Positions 34,401 to 44,721 of a DNA stretch of 64,000 bases are shown in pieces (position 1 is the stretch's first letter; each line of letters opens with the position of its first letter). Position numbers and translations under genes: made by a program. Origin of the DNA: Minutocellus sp. GHC0000111 (taxonomy: Eukaryota). The stretch lies in the NCBI GenBank assembly GCA_977018835.1, contig OZ361260.1:3968001-4032000 (forward strand), given 5' to 3'. The notes beneath the pieces are model-generated. The model was given only the letters and a program-made list of their open reading frames with translations, searched no databases and was not told the DNA's origin.

Positions 34401-36436
34401 AGGTGCCATCGCTGCGTCCGTTTCGATTGTCTGCATCGCTTTGCTTGGCATCGGCGCATATCTTTGCATCAGACGCAGAAAAAATGAAAAGGCCAAAAAG
34501 ATGATGAACGACGACGAGTTTGATGCGTTGCAGAGGGAGAGAAGAAACAATTTGGCTTCAAGAAATGATGATTTCGGTGGTTCTCCCGACACAACTTTCG
34601 CAACGAGATCACAACGAGACGTCGCCGTAAACGACACAATGAGCGAGGCTTCCAGGAGAAGGAGAGACGACGAGTATGGGTGGAATCAAGTGCCTCTCGA
34701 TGATGAGTTTGCTGATGCTCTAGAGCAACCGGCACAGGCGACGAGGACGGATCTGACATCACGTTGGGCTGGATTTGAGCAAGATGAGACGCTTGAGGAG
34801 CAAAAGACTGAAGCCAACACAAATGCAGTACTGATGGGGCTCAGAAATACCATCAGGCGAGCATGGCAGGGTGCCGGTGCCGAAGACGAGGAACAACAGA
34901 GCGTAGACGAAGACTCTGCTCTTGAAGAGGGCGCTCGTGGTATGGACGCAGAAAATGATCAAGATTTCCTCGATCGGCTGCAGCAAATGTACGTCCGTGG
35001 AGAGATATCGCGTGGAGAATTCATAACACTCAAGGAATCTCATCTCCGGAAGGTAAAAATGCAAGAGGAAGAAGAGCGCCTCGCAGCCGAAGCCGCTGAG
35101 GTGGAGGCAGCACGTGCTCCCGACAAATGAAGAACACTCACGAGGCTCTAAGGCAAGAGCAGAGTCGAGGCTCTCTCTCCGGCGATGAACAGTTTGATGA
35201 GTACAACGAGTACGACGACGGTGTAGGAGACGCTCCCGGAAATGAATGGGACGATGGCCATCCAGCTCGGCGGTCCGAAGAAGAGGAGGTGGATGACGAA
35301 GAGTTCGAGGAAGAAGAACGTCGGCGTGCACAAGAGGAGGAACAAGAGGCCGTCAGAAGACGTGTAGCGGAACAATTCCGCGAAGCCGAAGAACGAGCGA
35401 GGGCTGATAGGGCCCAAATGGAAGATTATTGGCGCTCTGACGACAATGAAGATGAGAAGGATTCCGAGTACGACGATGAGGAAGCTTACGATGACTTCGA
35501 CGAGAACCAGTCCCTTGGAACCAAAGGAACTCTTTTCACAACGACAAATCCGGGCAATGAAATCCAACGCCTCTACGAGGAAGGCCAGATATCGGCCACC
35601 GAGCGTGATCAAATGCTACAGGCGAATTCTCAGCTGAAACATGCCGGTGAGGGCGACGACGATGCCTCTCATTTCTCACTACCTTGACTACCAGCAATGA
35701 AATCCAAAATCTTTATAATTCAGGCAAAATTAGCGAAGAGGAGCGAGATCAAATGCTACAAGCAAATCGTGCGCTCAAGATGCATCAACAGCACGAGGCA
35801 GAGGAGGAGGAGGAGGACGGCAAAGCTCACGTAGCTAATGATCACGCTGACGATTATGGTGATGACTATGCGGATGATGACTATTATGACGATGGCGGCG
35901 AAGAAGGAAAAGACGAGGAATCGCTGGGGACCATGCTCACAGCCGGCAATGCCATTGACGACATGTTTAGACGTGGAGAGATCAACGAGGAGGAATATCA
36001 AGCGATGAGTAGACAGCACCGGGCGCTCCAGAAGGAACAGAAGAGGGCACAGAAGCTCGAAGAGATCGAGCGCATGTACGAGCAGGGAGACGTTGACTCA
36101 ACGGACTACAGGCTCCTGGTTGATTGCTACGATCGCTTGCAGCAAGATCCACGCCATCACAGCGCCGGATCCAACATCGAGATGAACGATATGTCAGCAC
36201 GAAACTTGTCGCAACCAGCGCAGAATAGTAGAGAGGTTGTCGCCCCGGAGCTCACACCTGATGATACATCGATCGGTGTCGGCACAGTCAATCCCGAGAT
36301 TGAAGCGCTATGGAGAGAAGGGATGCTCTCAAAGCAAGAGTACGAGGCCATGACGGCCACGCACCAGCGACTGAAAGAGGTCCAATCAGGTGGTAAAAAG
36401 TACCAGGCTAGTAAAGGAGGGCCGGCACTCTGGTAA
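31480..36436 (+). CDS. Large type-I membrane protein (ricin-B-like lectin, S/T/P stalk, poly-Lys blocks, TM, six cytoplasmic SHOCT-like repeats), split by two frameshifts (~35125, ~35680)
   Basis: Hydrophobic leader; Cys/Trp ricin-like repeats (NQKWFW..HCL..CDA..RRW); TM IAASVSIVCIALLGIGAYLCI-RRRK. The same repeat occurs in all three abutting ORFs (31480-35130, 35127-35687, 35684-36436). True start is probably the ATG of MAAASV. Confidence 0.75.
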
Positions 36437-36644
36437 TATAATGTATACTTTGCATTAATCTAAAAGCTACGTAATACTACGTACGTAGCTACTAGCAGAC
36501 TACGAGTAGACGAGGATTTTTGTGTGGTCAGATCTAACAACATGGCATGGTAGATCTAATCTCACCCCTACAAACATGCAAATTTATCAAAAATGAGCTA
36601 AGTAAATGCTACTTTTACACCCTTCTAAGTACCCTTCTAGCTAG

Positions 36645-37460
36645 CTAGATCGTATCGGTCTCCATTGCTTCTGTTGCCTCACCAAGGTCGGCGGCAGCTG
36701 CTTTCCCATCTGCGCCTTCCACAGCGTCGTCGGCAACCTCTCCATCCTCCGCCATGGCATCATCATCACCATCACCATCGTCCTCCTCAGCAGCCTCCTC
36801 CAACGCCCTCTTCTTCGTCTCATCCTCAGCAATGGTGGACTTCAAATCATTCACAGCCTGCATGAGCAGATGGAACTGCTTCGCGCGGACCTCCAATTCG
36901 GCCACGTTGGCCGCCTCCTCTTCGGCAATCCGACCCATCTCCTCTCGGATCTGCTGCAGCTTGGCCTCGGTCTCCCTCCGCGCCGGCCGGACGTTGGCAA
37001 TCTTGGCCAGGCTCTCGTATTCCTCCCGATTCTGCCGCACCTTTTTCTCATAGGTAAGCTCCGTCTGGAGGCGGTCGATCTCCGCTCGGGTGGCCGCCAC
37101 ATCCGCGTCAATTTGTTTGGTGGCTTGCTCATACTGCGCGAGCTCGTTTTCTGCCGCGTCGGCCACAAGTGTTATTTTCCTCATTTCCAGCGCATGCAGG
37201 CGCAGCTCACGCTGAAGCGATTCCTTGGCTATCCTGATTTCGGTCTTTTGCTCCTCGGTTGCTCCCGACGGTGACGCCGAGGCGGCCAGCACCAGTTGCA
37301 CATGTTCACGATATCTATGCGAACATTTCAGGAGCGTCCCCCGCAATAGGACACCGCCGCCCTCGCGAGTTAGCAACCTCTCTTGGATCGTTTGCGGGTC
37401 GACCGGCGGCGGTTGTTGTTGCGGGGCGGAGGTCGGAACGATAGAAGCTGCGGCGGGCAT
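36645..37460 (-). CDS. THOC7: THO complex subunit 7 / Mft1-like
   Basis: IQERLL N-terminus, coiled coil and EKKVRQNREEYESLAK..RPARRET..RAKQFHLLMQAV. Confidence 0.8.
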   Translation of the reverse strand: MPAAASIVPTSAPQQQPPPVDPQTIQERLLTREGGGVLLRGTLLKCSHRYREHVQLVLAASASPSGATEEQKTEIRIAKESLQRELRLHALEMRKITLVADAAENELAQYEQATKQIDADVAATRAEIDRLQTELTYEKKVRQNREEYESLAKIANVRPARRETEAKLQQIREEMGRIAEEEAANVAELEVRAKQFHLLMQAVNDLKSTIAEDETKKRALEEAAEEDDGDGDDDAMAEDGEVADDAVEGADGKAAAADLGEATEAMETDTI

Positions 37461-37712
37461 GGTTGGTTGGCTGGTCTTGCTTACATGTACGAGAAGTGGC
37501 AGAAGCAGTCAGTACGCGTACGTGCCGTTTGCGTCTACGTACGTCAGAAGCCCGGAGACCACAGAGACGAACGGTGGTATCGAAGACTCCATGTGCTCGT
37601 ACCGGTACAATAGATCTAAACAAATGAATGCTATGTGTACTCGTATATTTATCATTATCTCTACATATTCCGATGCAAGCAAGACAAATTCTGAAATGCA
37701 AATGGACCAATT

Positions 37713-39722
37713 TCAGCCCAAGACCTTCTTGGTCAGAATCTTGTTGACTCCCCACACATCGCTTGAGGACTTGGATAGCTCCTGGCGAATGTCTGGAGCT
37801 CCATCGACGTAGACCTTGACCTTGGCCTCGCTACCAATCATGCCTCCAGCCGTCTGGATCTTGAATGCCTGGCAATGGCGCAAGGGAGTAGAATGGTACT
37901 CAACCTTCTTGCCTGTCATTACGCGCTTCGTAGTGTACACACAGAGATCCCTACCAAGCTTGTAGCAGGCGTCGACGTGCTCATCGGACTGCAGAATATT
38001 GGGGCTCGACTTGAGCTGCTCTTCGGCCTTCTTGGGGTCGGTTGCAACGGCATCGTTCTTGAGGAAGTTCATCATGGAGGAAGCCGATCCGGTATCGCCC
38101 GTCCTGCCCTCCTCCAGAGCAGCGTTGCCATCCTGAGCTCCAATGGTCTGTTCGGCGAGGTAGTTTGAGATGGCAACAATATCGGCCTTGCCCTTGCGCA
38201 GATCCTGATCAATGGTGTTGCCCGGGCCGCCCTTGATCCAGTAGCACTTGAGCCAGATCTTGAGCTCGCTATCACTATCGAAGCTTCCAGCAGTCTCAAC
38301 GGCAAAACCACGAACCGAGCGATAAGGGAAGGACTTGTACGCAACTCGCTTTCCACTCATTCCCTTGACGTCGACGAGCAAGATGCACTTGTTCGAAAAG
38401 ATCAGGGTGTCGCGTCCACTCTTGTAAGCCATGACAACCTTCTCATCAGCCTGGAGGAGATGAGTGTCACCATGAAGCGCGGCGTTCACCTTGGCAGGGT
38501 CAATGGCCTTGGCATCAGCTCCCAAATAACCCATCAGCTTATCAAATGCGCCAGTCTTGGTGGGAGCAAGAATATCGGGAGAAACGGGCATATCAGCAGG
38601 GCGAAGATTGGGAACGTAGAATCCATCGGCATCCTTGTGCTTGCCCTCCACGCGAAGACAGCGCTCGCTCATGAACCTATGGACGGCGAACAAATCAACG
38701 GCGTCCTTCTTAAAGTCAATGCTGATATAAGTGCGACGAGGGATCGGGGGAGGAGGGGGAGAGTCCTCATCCTCCTTGGGCGGGTAGTAGATATCATCGA
38801 AGTCCGTCCAAATCTTCAACTCACTATCCTTGTCCATGGAACCGGCCGTCTCAACAGCAAATCCAGTAATGGTAGTGTAGGGAAGGCTGGTGAACGAGCA
38901 TTTCTTGCCCGAGTATCCCTGACGATCAATGGAAATGATCCGCTTGGAAGTTGCCAGAAGCATGTCTCTGCGACCTTTAAACGCCATCTCAACATGCTCG
39001 CAGTTCTGCAGGATATGCTTGAATTCTCGTTCAGCGCTCTTTGGATCGACCATGCGATTATCATCTCCAAGCCACGAAAAGAGACTGTTTCCGCTTTTCC
39101 CAGGCGCAGACATACTGGCAGCAGTTCCAGAGGGATCGACGGTGTCCGTTCCAAGGATCTTATCGGCAAAGAAGCGCTGAACAGCAAAGATATCAGCCTT
39201 GCCCTTGCGGAAATCGATGTCAATGCGCGTACGGCTCTTGCGAGGCATGCCAGGAGAGCTGCACTCCTTATCGGGAAGGTTGGTCAACAGGACGAGCTCA
39301 CTGTCGCGATCAAAGAAGCTACCGGCAGTTTCGACGGAGAATGCCTTGATGGTGGGCCACAAAATGGAAAAGTACTCAACCTTTTTACCGCTGACGCCCT
39401 GGACATCAATCTGGAGGAAACGATGAGAAGTCATGCAGAAGGAATCGCGACCGCATTTGAAGGCCAGTTCAATCTTCTCCTCGGGCAGAAGATTGTTGGT
39501 GGATCCAGACTTGAGAGCCTGCTCCATCTTGCCGGCATCAATCTGACTGGCATTGTCACCAATCATGTCAAAGAGACCGGTGCGTCCATCCTTGGTGGGC
39601 TGGGCGCCAATCTGCGTGGCACCGGCACCCTTGCCGGCGCGATCACCGACCAGAACGTGGGCATTCAGGAAGCGCTTGAGCTTGAAGATATCGGTGGACT
39701 TGACAAAGTCCATGTCGATCTG
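37713..39722 (-). pseudogene. Multi-repeat bacterial-type PH (bPH_1/YvbH-like) domain protein, 5'-truncated
   Basis: Four repeats of E..E.AFK.GRD....T..R...ID.QG.SGKK..Y.S.....I..F.VETAG..D.DSEL. Coding similarity begins abruptly at the tail of a further repeat (IDMDFVKSTDIF) near 39722. Confidence 0.75.
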
Positions 39723-40137
39723 CCATGTGGGAATAAAAGAACAAAGGAAGGATGCGTATGTTACCAACATCAAGTTCCGAGGTGCCGGGCCGCTATCTGG
39801 CGTATCGTGCGACGCCGTTCTATCCATTACCAACCCAAACCCCGGCCAGCTAACTTGCAAAACCTTCACATATCAGGTTGTGAAAAAGTCGGACCAAACC
39901 CAGCTCACCGAGGGGAATGGCAAATCGTTCATCGCACCAGGCAATAACAAGGTCACTGAGGTGGTAACACCGGTCAATTTTGCGCTCGGCGGGATCGGTG
40001 CTGCCGGCAAGAGTCTGTTATTCCGCGGAAGGACTGACCTCGTGGTATCAGGCACTCTGGTCTTCGAGGCACCTCTCACCAAGGAGGGAAGTGTCTCGGT
40101 GCCATTCCGAGGAGAGGAGACGATTATTATTTCCTAA
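39723..40137 (+). pseudogene. LEA_2/WHy-like domain protein, no start codon
   Basis: AYVTNIKF..DAVLSITNPNP..L..FTYQV..LTEG..SGTLVF..SVPF. No in-frame ATG before the junction with the divergent bPH gene. Confidence 0.6.
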
Positions 40138-40145
40138 GACAAACA

Positions 40146-41444
40146 ATGCAAGCAGCAAAGACAATAATGTTTGGCGTTGCAGCAGCGTTAATGACTGCAG
40201 GTCGCTCGGGAGCATTTGTACAACTGCCGCGAACAACTGTTGTCGGAAGGCATGCCCAGTTGCGACACTTTATGACCTCCAAGAATTCTCAGGCCGCCCA
40301 GATTTATGTCGCCAACATTTCTTTTGATTCCGACGAGCAGAGTCTCAAGAAATACTTTGAGCAATACGGTAAAGTGACAAAAATTGATCTGCCGAAGGAT
40401 CGCAACAACACATCAAAGAATCGAGGATTTGGATTCGTCACGTTCGAATCCCAGCAAGCAGCCGAGAATCTTGTAAGAGATGCTTCGTCTTCTCATTCGC
40501 TTGAGGGGAGAGATTTGCTTCTGAGTCGCAGTCATCCCCGAGGACAGCGCAACCCCAATCGATTTGATACCGAGGACGTTTAAGCAGCGGGAGAGGGAAA
40601 GAAACGTAGGCCTACTCTTTACACAATTGATGACAGTGTTTGCCTTCCTACCGATAAAGAGGCGTTGCAGAAAATTGTCACAAAGCACTGCAAAAGTTTG
40701 GACAAATATCTCGAAAATTCACCGATCGCAGCGCATACCAAGGTAGCTTTCGTGGAAGTGAAAAGATACGCCAACAATTTCTTCCCAGAGGGTATTCCTA
40801 ATACGTCATCCAATTCTGATGAGCCAGGGTTGATACTGGATAGCGGTGTAGGGACTGGTAGACCATCGAGGATGCTGGCCGAACGATTTCCAAACGACTT
40901 GATAATCGGCGTCGATCGATCATTCGCCCGGTTATCTAAGAACGATGACGCAACTGTAACTTCCGAGGACAACGACGAGTCCTTTGTTCAGGTTGTTGAA
41001 GGTCAGCCCAATGTCCTCTTTGTTCGAGCCGAGTTGGGAAGTTTCTGGCGCCTCATTATCGAAGAAGGTTGGGCAGTCAAAAGCCAATATTTGTTATATC
41101 CCAACCCATACCCAAAACCGCGGAGGGTGAAAAGTCGCTTCTACGCCCACCCCATCTTCCCTGTATTGCTCTCGGTTGGTGACGATATCATTGTGCGATC
41201 GAACTGGGAAGGATACTTGAAGGAATTCGCTGCCTCGGCGAGTATCGTGAGTGAATGTAGCGAAACTGTGTCGATGGATTGCGCTGGCAAGCCGATTTTG
41301 TCCAAACCATTGACAGTCGATGGCCCAAACTCGGTTGTGGTTGAGAATGAAGAGTCAGCGTTGACTCTATTTGAGAAGAAGTACTACGAGTGCGGCGAGC
41401 CCATCTACGAGCTGCGTGTAAAGCGGGAATATCTTACTGGATAA
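40146..41444 (+). CDS. Plastid-targeted RRM + TrmB-like SAM methyltransferase, interrupted by in-frame TAA 40581-40583
   Basis: Signal + SGAFV presequence; RNP2 IYVANI and RNP1 RGFGFVTF; LILDSGVGTG, IGVDRS, YLLYPNPYPK..RFYAHP..RSNW..TLFEKKY. Both ORFs share one frame separated by a single stop. Confidence 0.75.
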
Positions 41445-41521
41445 CTATGCGTTAACATTGTTTTAAGAATTAAAAATACGAGCATGACATTGAATCTGCT
41501 TTGTCATATTACATATATGCC

Positions 41522-42784
41522 TTAGACAGTGGCCTGCTCACCATCTCCTCCGTCGGCATCACCATCTTCGTCTCCCTCGTTATTGTTATTGCCTCCATCC
41601 TCACAACCGGGGCCCTTGCCGTCAGCAGGAGGCACTCCAGTCGCGCCAGCAGCGGCAGCCTGCATCATGGCCGCCTGAGCCTGAGCCATCTGCTGGAACG
41701 GGGGAAACATGAGCTGGGGTGTACCAGCACCAGCACCGGCAGTCGCTGCTCCTCCAGGAACACCGCCAGCGCCCATCGCTGCTGCGGCGGCGGCCTGGGG
41801 CTGGAAGGCGGCCAACATCATGGGATTGGTCGCCATGAGGGCACCGAGCATGGCCGGACTCATGGCGGCGGCGGCAGCCGGATTGGGCTGAGGAGGCTGC
41901 TGCTGCGAGGGAGCACCCGCACCCTCTCCATCGTCACCACCGGCATTGTTGTTGAACAGCTGCATCATGTTCATCTGCTGCGCCATAAAGGCCTGCTGGA
42001 ATTGGGCCATACTGGCCGGATCCATCTGCGGAGCACCAGCCCCAAATTGCGCACCCATACTACCCAGGGGTGGCATCATGCCCATGCCCATTGGCGGCTG
42101 CGGCTGCGGAGCAGCGGAAGAGGAGGAGCGTTGGCCACTCTTCTTGCTGCGGCGTTTCTTCTTCTTCTTGTGAGTCGACTTGGACTTCTTCTTGCGCTTC
42201 CGGCGCGACGACCCTCCTCCTCCCTCGGCATCTTCCTCGTCGTCGTCGTCGTCCTCCCGCTCGTCGTCGCTCTCGTCTCCATTGTCGTCGACGATGTTGT
42301 CGTTGCCGGACGCACCGCCCTCACCGTCGCTGTTGTCCACGGCATTCTGCTTCTTGCAGATGCGCAGACGCCGATTGAGCTGATTCTTGCGCTGGTACAG
42401 CAATATGCCGTCCAGATCGCGGATGGTCCGGTCGGACTGTCCCTCTTCGCCGTGATTTGGGAAGATGAATCCTCCCTGCTTCAGGGCGTCCACCAGGGCC
42501 ATTTTGGGGTTGGCCAGCCGAATCTCCACGGCACGGTGCATCCGCGTGTCGCCGCGGCGGCCGCAGGAGCGTCGGCCACCCGCGGATGGCTGCTGCTGCT
42601 GGGCGGTGCCGACGGACACGGGGACCTGGGGGGCCATTTGGATGCCAGCAGCGGCCAAGAGAGCCTGCTGCTGGGCCGCCGCGGCCTCGACGGGGATGCT
42701 GCCGGTTGGAAATCCCACCAGCAAGCCCGGCGGGGGCGGCGGTGGGGGAGGCAAGCGGGGTGGGTCGTCGTTGTTGTCCGTCAT
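41522..42784 (-). CDS. Hypothetical protein with a compact basic domain and Q/A/M/P-rich tail (possible transcription regulator)
   Basis: Intact 420-aa ORF; globular segment RMHRAVEIRLANP..ALKQGGFIFP..DGILLYQRKNQLNRRLR; NLS-like Lys runs. Confidence 0.7.
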   Translation of the reverse strand: MTDNNDDPPRLPPPPPPPPGLLVGFPTGSIPVEAAAAQQQALLAAAGIQMAPQVPVSVGTAQQQQPSAGGRRSCGRRGDTRMHRAVEIRLANPKMALVDALKQGGFIFPNHGEEGQSDRTIRDLDGILLYQRKNQLNRRLRICKKQNAVDNSDGEGGASGNDNIVDDNGDESDDEREDDDDDEEDAEGGGGSSRRKRKKKSKSTHKKKKKRRSKKSGQRSSSSAAPQPQPPMGMGMMPPLGSMGAQFGAGAPQMDPASMAQFQQAFMAQQMNMMQLFNNNAGGDDGEGAGAPSQQQPPQPNPAAAAAMSPAMLGALMATNPMMLAAFQPQAAAAAAMGAGGVPGGAATAGAGAGTPQLMFPPFQQMAQAQAAMMQAAAAGATGVPPADGKGPGCEDGGNNNNEGDEDGDADGGDGEQATV

Positions 42785-43594
42785 TTTAAGTTGGTTTCCT
42801 TTGAGAAAGTAGAATGAATCTCAAAATTGATCGTTACTGTTTGGTGACACGAACGAAAGAAGAGAAAAGGAACACGAAAGTACGAAAGTGAGCACATAAA
42901 TAACGAAAAACGAATAAATATACGTTTGGTTGTACAAGATACGAACAAGCGCACACAATGTCACGCCTCCTTCCAATGCAATATCTACCCAATGGATCAA
43001 AGGCCAATGCGGCATCAAAAGTAGCACGTGGCATTGACTGCAAGAAAGGACCCGCAGGTTCATTCAAGACAATAATTTCAGGCGTCCGGAGAAATTCAAC
43101 TCGCCAATCCGAACCCATCAGGAACCGATCGATTCGAAGAAATAAAAGATACCATTCCGCCATGGCGGCGGAACAAACTACGGACGCCTCCGAGTGCAAC
43201 TGCCTCACCTGATCGGTATCCCTGTAATTTGTGAGGAGCGGCCGAGCGGCTCTTACGAGACGAGCAAATGGCCTTGACGGGATATCTCCATGGGCCTGAT
43301 GGCCTGACGTTGTGGCCTGACGTTGTGGCCCTGAAATTGGGGTGATTGCGACGGACAGACGACATGCTGTCAAATCTAAAACGTAAACGACCCGCCCGTA
43401 CATTCCGCCCATTTGCCAGTCAGAGCAAACCAACCATGCCCATCGGCGTGGAGGAGGTGGCAGCAATAACAGCACGAAGACGCACGGCAAGACTCGACAC
43501 GGCAGCATCGCGACGGCTGATCGACAACGCATTGGGATTGCGCACGGCGGGCAGCAGCGGCACAAGTAGTGCTGGTAACAAAGCCGCAAGCATC

Positions 43595-44467
43595 ATGTCC
43601 ACACCGGCCAGAAGAAGACAGAGCAGAAGCAAGGGCACAAGCAAAAAGTCCTCCGCTACCAAAAGTAGTGGAAGGAAATCGAAGGCTTCAGATAGGGAAG
43701 AGCAACACGAAATAGAAGATCAGCACATGGCTATGGATATCGATGAGGAGGATACTTCAACATTTGCCCAAGTAGATGAGTCGATCGATAACTTGAATTC
43801 GGTCCTGCGCCGCTACATTCCCATCGCGTCCAATACCGCCGACGAAGATGAGTCCAACAGCGACGATGGCGCAGAAGATGCCTGGGAGGATCCAATCAAG
43901 GCATTCGGTGACATACAGGAGGCAAGGGAACGGATGATGGATGCGTGCAGCAAGCACGAGGATTACACGCGTTCGCAGCAAAGAAGGGACAGCGAAGAAG
44001 AAGATGAAGATGATGACGATTATCACACCAACCATGACGATGAGGAATTCAGAGCGTTGTACATGGCCACCACGACCACGGCCTTTGCCGCCGAGCTGGA
44101 TGATATTCGCACCGGAAGGGCAGCGGCCAAGGCATCTGGAAAGAGAGGTAGCAAAAGGAAGAAGGCGGGTGGTGCCAAGGGAACCAATGCATCGACGACG
44201 GATGTAGACAATATATTCGTGGACCCCGATCATATGAAGCAAGACGCCGAAGAAGAGGAAGAGGAGCCACTCGTGCATGAAAACATCGACGTGGAGGTTC
44301 TGGTGGATATATTGCAGGGAGGAATGCGCTCCTTCACGGCCAACGAGAGGAAGATGCTGATCGAAGAGAGCAAGCGCCGGAAGGACTCTGAGGAAGGTGG
44401 TGGAGAAGACGGGGAGGGAGATATTGTCACACCGCACGAAAGGCGGAGGAAGATGTTGGGATTTTAG
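43595..44467 (+). CDS. Hypothetical acidic/basic low-complexity protein
   Basis: Open ORF with coding-like composition; start uncertain (ORF open from 43346). Confidence 0.6.
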   Translation: MSTPARRRQSRSKGTSKKSSATKSSGRKSKASDREEQHEIEDQHMAMDIDEEDTSTFAQVDESIDNLNSVLRRYIPIASNTADEDESNSDDGAEDAWEDPIKAFGDIQEARERMMDACSKHEDYTRSQQRRDSEEEDEDDDDYHTNHDDEEFRALYMATTTTAFAAELDDIRTGRAAAKASGKRGSKRKKAGGAKGTNASTTDVDNIFVDPDHMKQDAEEEEEEPLVHENIDVEVLVDILQGGMRSFTANERKMLIEESKRRKDSEEGGGEDGEGDIVTPHERRRKMLGF

Positions 44468-44721
44468 ATAAATAAAAGATAACACGTGCACATGTTGTAA
44501 ATTTTAGGTGAACGTTGTATGACTTTCAAATTTGGGGCGGTTTGAAGGCCGATTTCTTTTGATGATTTCGGTTGATTCTTTTTGTTGTTGTGTGTCGGTC
44601 CGTCGTCCGAAAATGCGGCCAAGCAAGCTTGGAAGAGATTGCAAGATACCCAAGAGAGCATGAGGTCAGGCATGTTAGCCAAGGTACGCCTTTGCAATGA
44701 CGCAACGCAACTAAACTAACA

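Noticed and set aside
38460..39947. 495-aa plus-strand ORF and other antisense ORFs (41501..42817, 50360..51343, 4083..5024)
   Set aside because: Antisense shadows of recognisable genes.
3746..40583. Alternative genetic code (stop-codon reassignment) to explain in-frame stops
   Set aside because: TAA, TAG and TGA all end intact genes here, the internal stops replace different residues, and frameshifts and deletions co-occur.
43291..43334. Short tandem repeat (tggcctgacgttg)x2-3
   Set aside because: Too short, no spacers; not CRISPR or a recognisable element.
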